NCBI GenBank assembly: GCA_025594325.1
Contig: JANHCV010000009.1
Span: 992,001-1,056,000 of the forward strand
Source: Blastocladiella emersonii ATCC 22665
Taxonomy: Eukaryota; Fungi; Blastocladiomycota
DNA length: 64,000 nt
Direction of reading: 5' to 3'
This document shows positions 12,668 to 22,400 of this stretch, in pieces. The stretch's first letter is position 1, and each line of letters opens with the position of its first letter. A model generated the notes under the pieces. That model saw nothing but the letters and a program-made list of their open reading frames with translations, searched no databases and was not told the DNA's origin. A program made the translations under genes and the position numbers.

Positions 12668-13547
12668 TGCTGTGGAAGTCGTCAAGGCGATGTTAAGTCA
12701 AATTAGGGGAGAGGCGGGCATAACAGATTTTATAGTCGTGGAAACAGGCTCGTTCTGACCATGTTCTAGGCGAGCGCAAGGGTAGTGCGGCCGACGGCCC
12801 CAGGTGTTCGAGCTCAGACACTCGATCAACCGAACAAGATTCCAGAAAATCTCGACTGGCTGCGTCACGGCACCAGGGTAGGGTCCCTCCTCATCGCCGG
12901 ACACGCGACGTTTTGCGATCCATGAAGCCGGTGGAGCCGGAGTCTGCAGCTTACACGCCCATCAGACTTTGATCAGATGGTGCTCTGGCCCGAGTGTCGA
13001 TGCGTGCTGCTGACCATCCATCGCGATGAAACTAAACCGCCGTTGGGTGATCGTAGCGCCGGCGCAAGGCGAAATGACCGCATGGGTCCACGCGGGCCAC
13101 CTCGACGCGTAGTGCCGAGCGGCTGGACGAGTATCTGAGTCCAAGGGTTGCGTGAGTCGACGGGCCGAGTGGCGCGTCGCGTGCCATCGAGGGTGTGGCG
13201 GCGCATCGCGCCCATCCCGATCACAGTTCAAAAGCGGTGGCTCCTCCAAGGCTTCGAGCAGGCGAAGCGAAGGGAGTACGCGATCGGCTCACTTTCCGGA
13301 TCTCAAGCTCCGGAACTTCACGACCTCCTCAAATCTCAAGTTGACGCTGAACCCTCCCTCAGAATGATACGGGCGCTGCGTTTGTCCGAGGGGTGATGAT
13401 CGCTGGCTTGATGGCAACGAACGCGATGGGGCTTCGAGTTTTGTCCCGTCAGCCGTGAGAGTAGGTAGCGTGTCAGGCCACGTCGATCATGCAGGGACCG
13501 CAAGCGGTTGCTCGCGGTGATCAGCGTCGAAACGCGTCCCACAGCTA

Positions 13548-13571
13548 TCACGTGATTGTTCGACGCGTCGT
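13548..13571 (+). repeat. Island motif copy: TCACGTG-ATTGTTCG-ACGCGTCGT
   Basis: Two mismatches at the 3' end. Preceded by TGATCAG and a second AAACGCGTCCC, as in the 16242 copy. Confidence 0.75.
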
Positions 13572-13599
13572 CGCGTCGCCTCTGGCGGAGGCCGCGCGG

Positions 13600-13818
13600 A
13601 GGCCGCGCGGAGCAAGGATGCCCAGCGTCCCGTAAGCCGGTGCCGAGGATGTATGTATCAGCTGCTGCAACCTGCTGTCTGACGCGATGCAAACATGGAG
13701 CGAGCCTAACGCCGAGGCTTTGACACGACTCGCCCTGCCCTACGGTTCGCAGGACCTGCCACTCGACTAGCTTCACTTCAACCTCGCACACGTTCCTCTC
13801 GAACGCGTAAGCGCACAT
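13600..13818 (-). pseudogene. Possible relic of the MATH-like/BTB family (pre-BTB segment)
   Basis: YAFERNVCEVEVKL aligns with WSYERYGCRVEIKI of the 51038 BTB protein. No BTB core follows. Confidence 0.25.
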
Positions 13819-14252
13819 AGAACCGACTCTTCGGCATCTGTACCCCCCAATTCTCGCTCATCCTCGCCGCCATGTCGCGTGGCTACTTGCTCGCGATCGT
13901 GGTCGTGGTCGAGAGAGCAAGGTGGATCGGCGGCCCATCATGTCGTTGAGAGCTTTCAAATTTGATCCATGTGGGCCAGCAACGTGGTCGCACCAGCGAG
14001 AGCTGCGGAGCTGCGGAGCTGTCCGCCGATTCATGCGACCCGCCGTTGCCCTTTGGGGCGACGAAGAACGGAAACTCCGTGCCCCCTTCCCTCCCCTTTC
14101 GGGGCGTCCAGCAGCTGTCTAGGTCGGCACGAGGTTGGGGCTCGAGCAGCTCAGCTCGGAGCGTGGTGCGCCTCCCCCTTGCTGCGCTGGATCGCGGTTG
14201 CGCCGCGGCGCTCCTCGGCGTCAACACAACCGTCTCTAGACCCGCGGCCGCG

Positions 14253-16087
14253 ATGCAGTACCCGCCGACGCCGCTCCTGTCGCCCGAGTTCACGCCGAAG
14301 AAAGAGCGGCCGTCGAAGATCAAGGCGACGCACTCGCGGCCGGCGAAGAAGCGGATCTCGAAGCTGGTCCTCCCGCCCGGCTCGCTCGACGAGCACCTGG
14401 AGGATGTGGCCGCCGCAATCCAGCCGACGCCGCGCCAGGAGCGGCTCGCGCACGAGTGCACCGATCTCGTCGCCGACTACGTGCTGCGCTCGCTCCAGGC
14501 CGCGCTGCCGAAGCTCGAAGCGACCCGTGCCGCCCGTGTCGGCTCGCTGCACAAGAAGACGGCCATCCACTTCTCGTTCGACGTCGACCGCGTGTTCATG
14601 ATGAGCAACTTCAACCCGACGACGCGCCATCTCGAGGACACGCTCGTCGTCATCGAGCGCGCGCTCGCGCTCGCGGCCGACCCGCCGCGCTACTGGCCCG
14701 TTGACGACGGGCTCGTCATGTGGGTCGCCGACGTCAAGAGGCGCGCCAACAGTATCGCGTGCACCGTGTACGCCGGCCCGCTCAACCTCGAGTTCGACGA
14801 GAGCGACGGCGGCGTGCGGCACGCGGGCGCCGCCGTGCCCGCCTTCAAGGTCAAGCTCGACCTGCTGTGCGCGACCGAGGTCGTCGCGGACCCGGACCAC
14901 CGCATGACGCGGCGCGGGACCGCCGCGCAGGTCGAGTCGCTCCGCCACGTTCTGTCGACCAACGAGACCGTGTCCAAGTCGCTGCACCGCCTGTACCAGC
15001 CGCTCGTGTCCGAGGCCACGGTCGAGACGGTGCTGCGCGAGCCCGACGTCGTGCGCAAGCTGATCCGCATCCTCAAGCTGTGGGGAATGCTCGTCTTCTC
15101 GAGCAGCGCGACCGCCATGTCCAAGTCGACCATCTTCGAGAACCTCGCCGTCTACGCGGTCCGCGAGTACGCGTACGACCGCCGCGAGCTCACGCTCGAG
15201 GCGCTCGCCATCAAGGTGATCCGCTATATCGCCAACCTGGACAAGCTGCAGCTCGGCGGGACCCGCAAGGACAGGCCTGCGGCGGCTTATGTATTGCACA
15301 TGGTATGTTTTCACTCACCTGAACGTCTCCCACTGGCTGGCCTCTAACGACCCGCGACCTCGTCGTCGTCGTCTAGTGTGACGAGTCTAACAACCTGACG
15401 CGCACCGACGACTCGCGCGTGTTCTCGGTCGAGTACCAGGGCGACCTCAAGCACGCGGCCGAGTCGCTCCTCCCCGACACCCCCGCGGCGTTCTGGCTCA
15501 TGGCGTACCCGCAGGACAAGCGGCTGATCACGACCACGCTCATGTTCCTGCGCATCCGCGTGCTCGACGCGACGTGCGCGACCACGCCGATGCCCGGGTT
15601 CTGGCACCTCGACAAGCGGTTTGAGGAGATCGGCATGCACCACCAGATTGCCGCCCTCGTCACGGTCGCCCTCACGCTGCAGGACTGGATCCGCGGCGCG
15701 CTGTGCGCCGCCGTCGGCGATACGGCCAAGGCCGTGATCCAAGGTATGGAGCAGTACCTCGACTCGGAGTACACGCTCGACTGCACGCCGGGATCGCCGT
15801 ACTCGACGGACGACGGGCGCACCGCGCTCCGCTCGGTCGCCGAGACTACCGTGCAGCTGCTCCAGCGGCTCGTCGGGTTCACCAAGCGCGCCGAGGCGTA
15901 CGACGACACGACCCAGTTCGACGGGTTTGCGGTCGTGATCCCCGTCGTACCCGACGTCGTCTCGCTACACGTCGAGGTCCGGTGCCCCGTCGTCGACACG
16001 CACAAAAACCTCAAGGAGGTCGCTGAGGATGCGATCGAGGAGGAGAACAGGCGCGAGAGGATTGAGGCGCGCAGGAACGGCGTTTAG
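14253..16087 (+). CDS. 2'-5'-oligoadenylate synthetase (OAS)-like nucleotidyltransferase with an extra C-terminal domain (exons 14253-15302 and 15377-16087, 586 aa)
   Basis: GSLHKKTAIHFSFDVDRVFMMS has the same spacing as OAS [22 protein letters not shown]. Also a third Asp in KLDLL, VRKLIRILKLW (cf. LKSLIRLVKHW), IFENLAVYAVRE (cf. YALELLTIYAWE), YVLHMCDESNNL (cf. VILDPADPTGNL) and N-terminal PGSLDEHLED (cf. AKSLDKFIED). The phase-0 GT..AG intron keeps the frame. Confidence 0.82.
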
Positions 16088-16241
16088 AGAAGATGATACC
16101 GCGGCGTGTGGTGAAAATGTAAATAAGATCCAATATACCTCGCTGATTGTGCATACATGAACTCGGTCACTGTTCCTCTACGTTGTCGGCCAGGGGTGGG
16201 CCAGCCTGATCAGGCTGATCAGAAAACGCGTCTCGCACCCG

Positions 16242-16265
16242 TCACGTGTTATCGAAACGCGTCTC
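16242..16265 (+). repeat. Island motif copy: TCACGTG-TTATCGAA-ACGCGTCTC
   Basis: Exact consensus match. It lies between two convergent 3' ends and is preceded by the 16-bp palindrome CAGCCTGATCAGGCTG (16202-16217). Confidence 0.85.
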
Positions 16266-16336
16266 ACACGCTTGAACCGCGCGTGCGAGCGCCCCTGCTC
16301 AAATTCTTTGGCTCTACGTGTTAAATCAGGGAGTTT

Positions 16337-17353
16337 TCAATTATACAGCTCTACCAACGCGTTACTCGGCGCATTGAAGCTAGCCAACATCTTCTGCGCA
16401 ACAGCCACAAGCTCGCGACAGTCGATCCGCTGCGCAAACTCGACCAGTTCGGTCGCCTGGCTCGCGTCCTTGATGACCGGATCCACGCCGACCGACTCGA
16501 AAAACTGGTGAATTGCATGGGGAACCGGCTCGCCGGGCACCCAGCCCGAGTACACGTAGGCAAGGACCATTGCAAAGGGCGCCATTGGCCACGACAGCTT
16601 GATCGGCTGTCCTTCGCTGATCCGCTTCGCCCAAGCTCCTCGGATCAGCGCGGCGAAACCGGGCTGGGTGCTGAGAATGAGCTTCGCCGCGTACACGACC
16701 GTGATCATGGGCGGCGAGTGGCTCACGCGAACGTGGAAGCACAGGTCGCAGCGTGCCGGGTTGTTGAGCTTGCTGGTAATGACCGTTGATGCCCACCACG
16801 GGAGCCGCTGCTCGACTACCGGGTGCAGGAACTTGATTACAACGCGGCGAAGTCCCGTTTCGAACAAGCTCGCGACCGTGGTCTCGACGAACACGGCGCT
16901 GTGTAGCGTCAAGCACGCCCGCTCGCCGGAATTTGGGATCTGACAGCTCGCAGTAGGCGTCGGAGCGCTGAACAGCGCGTCGCGACAAGCGGGGAACGGA
17001 AGGCTGATAGAACACTCGATCGCACTCGTCACGCGGGCCACGGCGATGCTGACCTCGGCCGTCTCGTTGAAGGCGCCAGGTCGGACGAGTACGGAGAAGC
17101 TCTTGAACGGCAAGTGGGCCGGCGCGCTACACACGTCCGAGGCGAAGCCGCGGCTCAGATCCGAGCTGCGCGCGAGCGACTCGGCGTGCTTGCGTTGAGC
17201 GAACAATGTGAACCTTGGAGCGCCTGCCGACGCGACATCGGACGACTGCCCTGGTTCCGCGGGTGGGATGGTAGAGAAGGTGAACGTCGTCGCGATCGCA
17301 TCAACAGCTACGAGCGGCGGGCCAAGGCGAACCTGCGCCGTGAACGCTCGCAT
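16337..17353 (-). CDS. BTB/POZ-domain protein with an uncharacterised N-terminal beta-rich region
   Basis: LNNPARCDLCF...VYAAKLILSTQPGFAALIRGAWA...PIKL...FAMVLAYVYSGWVP is homologous to the 39114 and 51038 proteins. The start is uncertain. Confidence 0.7.
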   Translation of the reverse strand: MRAFTAQVRLGPPLVAVDAIATTFTFSTIPPAEPGQSSDVASAGAPRFTLFAQRKHAESLARSSDLSRGFASDVCSAPAHLPFKSFSVLVRPGAFNETAEVSIAVARVTSAIECSISLPFPACRDALFSAPTPTASCQIPNSGERACLTLHSAVFVETTVASLFETGLRRVVIKFLHPVVEQRLPWWASTVITSKLNNPARCDLCFHVRVSHSPPMITVVYAAKLILSTQPGFAALIRGAWAKRISEGQPIKLSWPMAPFAMVLAYVYSGWVPGEPVPHAIHQFFESVGVDPVIKDASQATELVEFAQRIDCRELVAVAQKMLASFNAPSNALVELYN

Positions 17354-17626
17354 GGAGGTCTCGCATCGTCTTCTCGGCCAGAAACACGTACGGGGAGGCG
17401 CAGATTGTCGCGCAAATTGTTGCGCAGAGTCACGGCTTCGGGCATGGCGAGGTTTGACGTATCGCAGTCCGAGAGCCTGGAGAGCTAGCGAGGGACTTGT
17501 CCCCGCAGAAGGCGGTTCGATCCACCTCGCGCAGTGTCTCCCGTCACGGACGAACCGACGAGCGCGGACGAACAGACGAGCGCACAGGTCATGTGTCAGC
17601 AATTCGTCGAGCGAGTGCCGCTGCTT

Positions 17627-17650
17627 GAGACGCGTCGGTCTATCATGTGA
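17627..17650 (-). repeat. Island motif copy (inverted): TCACATG-ATAGACCG-ACGCGTCTC
   Basis: Exact consensus match on the minus strand. Inverted relative to the 16242 copy. Confidence 0.85.
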
Positions 17651-17710
17651 TCCTTGTCTCGCGCTGCGCCACACGGTCGTTACGGGATGTCCCAAAAACG
17701 GCGTGTAGTA

Positions 17711-18951
17711 TTACGCAATAACATCATCAAACAAAATCTTCATGAGCTCGCCGACAAGCTGCGCGTTGAGGCTGTTGCCGAGGAGGCGGTACTGCTGCGC
17801 GCGCGAGACGGACTTGGGGAAGGTGAGCGAGTCGGGGAAGCAGTGCAGGCGCGCGACCTCGGCGGGCGAGAAGAAACGCGGGCGCAGCTGGACCATGCGG
17901 TCCACGTCGCTGATCAGCTGCGAGCCGCCGGCGGGCAGCAGCTCCGAGACGAGGAACGAGCCGGATCCGAAGATGTGGCGCGACCCGTACGCCTTGGTGA
18001 AGGTCGACGAGCGCGTCGCGTTCGAGGAGACGACGTCTACACGGGAGGGGCGGGGTGTGAGAGTCGGGGGTTTGGGGAAAGGGGTGAGGAGAGATGAAGC
18101 GGACCGAAGTTGAACTTGTGCGACTTGCGGATCCACGCTTCGGGCACGAGGCACGTCTCGTCCACTTCCACGTCGAAGTACGACGAGAGCGCGGCGACCT
18201 CGACTGCCGGGTTGTCGGAGGAAGTAGGAGAAGAGGAGGGCGACCACACGACGGGCCAGGTGGTCTGGATCACGCCGCGCTCCGAGTAGAGCGGTGTGGG
18301 CTCCGACTCGGCCTCGTCCGCAGCCACCGGGGCCGCCGGCAGGTCGTCGGCCCGGCGACGAGCCATGAGAAAGTATCGTAGTCGGGCGTTCGGGATGCCG
18401 AGGTGGGTTGGCTCGAGGAGACACTCCGCGATCGCGTACCCGCGCCTGTCGAGGGCGTCGACGAGGATGCGGCGGCACTCGCTCGTCTCAAAGTTCTTGA
18501 CATTCTCGAGGAACAGGTACCGCGGCGGGACCGCCATGCGCTCGAGCAGCGCGACGAGGTGCAGCAGGCCGCGGCTGCGGTCGTCCTCGTGGTCGAGGCA
18601 CTTGCCGCCGCGCGTGAACGGCTGGCACGGCGGCGACAGGAACCAGGCGTTGGCACGGTACCGTTCCACGTCGGCGAGCGACAGGTGCTCGATGGACGCG
18701 GTGCTCAGCGCCGTCGCGGGGAAGTTGTGCGCGTACACGGTGTTGGCGACCTGGTTGACGTCGTACGCGGCGACCACGTCGCCGGGCGCACCGGTGTGCT
18801 TGAAGCCATAGTGCTACGGGCGGAGTCGGGGTTGGGGTCAGGACTTGGCCGAGTCGAGCCGCGCAGGGAGCGAGCCCGGCCGTACCAGGCCGCCGATCCC
18901 GGAAAAGAACTCAATGGCGCGGATCTCCGTGTTGGTGTTGCTGCTAGTCAT
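17711..18951 (-). CDS. DNMT2: DNMT2/TRDMT1 tRNA (cytosine-38-C5)-methyltransferase
   Basis: Motif I EFFSGIGG, motif IV SPPCQPFTR, motif VI LENV, CFT/SSTFTKAY region and motif X QQYRLLGNSLN. Two introns. Confidence 0.95.
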
Positions 18952-19479
18952 GGTTCATGTGCAACGTTGCATGGGTTCGCTGGTTGGGCGACGAGGGAGG
19001 AGAGAGGAGGGATCAGCAGCGACTCGGCCACTTGCGAGACAGAAGGCGAGACGGCTGCCACGGCGGTCGGCTCTCAGGTGACGCGCGGCCACGCCACTCG
19101 CGCCGCCGCGCCGATCCTCTCGCAGAGCGCCACCCGCCCGTGCAGCAAGGTTGGCGCGTCCCTCTCTCTCCCGCGAGCGATCCCTCGTACCCGTACCCGC
19201 AACGCGACGTGCTGGGCGCGTCTCTCTGAACCCGTCGCTCGCTCGCGCAGTCGCCCTTCCCATCGGCACTGCCCTCCAACCGACCGACCGACCCGCCGCG
19301 GCACCGTCGCCCCTTCAACCGATACACCCGTACCCCTTCGCGTACGTGATGCCCGCGACCGTGCCGACCCATCGGCCAAGTCAGACTGACGAATTCGACC
19401 CCGCACCGCCGTCCAGATCGCGCATCCTCTGCACCCGCTGCTCCATCGCGCAACCCCCGCAACCCGTCGCGCCACCACC

Positions 19480-22400
19480 ATGGACGACCCCGACACGCCC
19501 ACCACGCAGGCGGCGTCGGCGGCCGCCTCGGCGCCCCAGTTCGACCCGGCGCTCGTCGTGTCGCACCTGCACGGCGTCGGCGCCTCGCTCTTCGAGGCCA
19601 CGCCCAGCGAGATCGCCCTCGCCCTGTCCGGCGTCCCCGACGCATTCGAGAAGTGCCGCAAGTTTGCCAACGAGGCCGGCGTCCCGACCCTCGTCGTTGT
19701 CAAGGAGCGCGTTCCCCAGGGTACGCTTGCCGCTCGCTCGCTCGCTCGTCGTCGTCGTGATCCCGATCTGATCGCTCGCATCGTACCCGCCGCCAGAGAA
19801 CGACGCTGTCGTCGTCGACGACCCCGACCAGCCGGCGCCCGAGGTGACCAAGTTCGACCTGCGCCTCGACGTGCACTACTCGGCCAACCTCGTGTCGTCG
19901 ATCGTGTTCATCAAGCGCGCGCCCGTGCTCGACCCCGCCAAGCCCATGAGCTCGCAGGTCACCTTCATCCACCTGCCGGGCCCCGCCGCGGGCTTCGCGT
20001 CCGGCGGGCCCGTCGACGCGGCCGCCCCGACCATGTTCTACGAGCTGATCCACAGCTACGTGCACCACGCCGTGGCGCCCTACTTCAACGCCTTTGTCAA
20101 CTCGCAGGCCGCGACCGACGCCGACGCCAAGGACGCGGCCAACGCGGCCAACGGCAGCGTCGGCAACTCGACGTCGTCGCTCGGCCAGCCGCTGCTGTCC
20201 GCGGTCGCCGCCAAGCGCGCGGCCGAGGACACCAAGGGGATCCCCGTGGCCAAGAAAAAGTTTGCCGAGCTCGAGCTGTCGCTCCTGCACCTGCAGCAGA
20301 ACGTGGACATCCCCGAGGTCACGCTGCACGCGCACCCGGTCATCCACCAGGCGATTGCGGCCGCGCGCGACGCCGGCCGCCGGCCCAACGTCGATCTGAT
20401 CCCGCCCGAGCTCCTCGCCGACTCGTCGTTCCTCAACAAGCTCCAGGGCGACGTCAACTCGTGGGTCAAGGAGATCCAGAAGGTCACCAAGCTCTCGCGC
20501 GACCCCGCCTCCGGCACCGCGTCGCAGGAGATCAACTTCTGGCTCAACATGGAGCGCGCCCTCGAGAAGATCGACAAGCAGCTCAAGTCCGAGGAAGTCC
20601 GTACGTATCTCTTTTTTGGTGCTTGTCGTGCTTGTGAGCGGCTCCACTCACATCTTGCGCGCGAAAAATAGTCCTCGTCCTCGACGTGCTCAAGCACGCC
20701 AAGCGGTTCCACGCGACCGTGTCGTTCCGCGCCGACACGGGCCTGCAGGAGGGCATGGACGTGGTGCACAAGTACAACATCCTGATGAAGGAGTTCCCGA
20801 TCGATGAGCTGCTGGCCGCCACGGACCTCGGCCGCATCAACGAGGCCCTGGTCCTCGTCTTCAACCACATCAACAAGAAGATCAAGCTGTCGTCGTACCC
20901 GGTCAAGCGGCACCTGCTCCTCGTCGAGGCCATCTCGCGCGACCTGCTCGACCAGATCCTCAAGGTGCTCAAGGCCCGCCGCCTCATGTACCTCAGCTAC
21001 GACGACTTCAACAAAGTCACGGCCGGGTGCGCCGCCGTCTTCGACACGTGGGACTCGTGCATCAAGGACTTTTCGGGGCTCGCCCGCGAGGTGTCGCGCA
21101 AGCGCAACGACAAGTACCTGCCCATCAAAATCACCAACTTCCACGCCAAGCTCCAGGAGCGCATCGAGTACATGCGCCGGTTCCGCAAGCAGCACGAGCA
21201 GCTCCAGGCTACCATCGGCCGCGTCGTCGGGTCCCCGAGCCACCTCGCCCCCGGCATGCGCCCGCGCCCCGCCATCGCCGCCGCTCCCGGTTCGGCCGCT
21301 GCGGTTGGCGCCGCGGCCGCGGCCGCCGCCGACATCAACGCGCTCGACGAGGTGGCGTCCGCGTACGAGGTGGTGCGCACCGTCGACGTGCTCGACGTGA
21401 CGGGCGAGGGCACCGAGATCTGGGCGGGCGCCGAGGAGGCGTACAACGAGCGTGTGGGCCGCGTCGAGAACATCATCATCGCGACGCTGCGCGACAAGCT
21501 CGGGTCGGCCAAGAACGCCAACGAGATGTTCCGGGTCTTCTCCAAGTTCAACGCGCTGTTCGTGCGGCCCAAGATCCGCGGCGCGATCCAGGAGTACCAG
21601 ACCCAGCTCATCGACTCGGTCAAGGACGACCTGCGCAAGCTCCAGGACAAGTTCAAGCTGCAGTACCCGTCGTCCGAGGCGTTCCACATGTCGGGCGTGC
21701 GCGACATCCCGCCCGTGGCCGGCGCCATCACCTGGGCCCGCCAGATCGAGCGCCAGCTCGACATGTACATGCGGCACGTCGAGGACGTGCTGGGCCGCGG
21801 GTGGGAGAACTACGCGGACGGCGCGCGGCTCGCCCAGGACTCGGTCTCGTTCCGCAAGAAGCTCGACACGCGCGCCATCTACGAGCAGTGGGTCCAGGAG
21901 ATCCTCCAGCGCGACCTCAAGGTCACGGGCCGCATCTTCGACGTGGTCCGCCAGCGCGCCAACAACAACCAGCTCCAGCTCGTGGTCTCGTTTGACCCGC
22001 AGATCATCACCCTGTTCAAGGAGGTCCGCAACATGCAGTGGCTCGGGTACTCGATCCCCTCGACCGTCGCCAACATCGCCAAGGAGGCCAAGCGCGTCTA
22101 CCCGTTCGCCGTGTCGATGCAGGAGACGATCCGCACCTACCAGCTCACGGTCGACAAGCTGCGCTCGCAGCCGCGCGATGTCGCGCTGCTCGTCGCCGTC
22201 TACCAGCGCGACGTCCAGGGGCTCATCGCCCGCGGCATCCACTACCGGTGGGAGGTGTTCAGCACGCTCGACGTGCGGTCCGACGGGTCCAAGCACGTCG
22301 GGTTCGTCCGCGAGCTCGCCAACACCGTGTCGCTGTTCCAGGACAAGGTCGTCAACGTCATGGACGTGATGGCGCACATCAACGCCAAGGTTCGCGAGCT

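Noticed and set aside
12698-13400. Several short ORFs in the spacer upstream of the Kelch-like gene
   Set aside because: None shows a recognisable motif or consistent codon bias, so they are probably intergenic or decayed sequence.
16191-16217. hAT-like start CAGGGGTGGG and a 16-bp palindrome CAGCCTGATCAGGCTG
   Set aside because: I found no inverted partner (CCCACCCCTG) and no 8-bp TSD, so it cannot be called a TIR.
16102-17706. CGGCGTGT at 16102 and 17699 as a possible 8-bp TSD of cassette 1
   Set aside because: The sequences just inside these two sites are not inverted repeats, and such GC-rich 8-mers are expected by chance.
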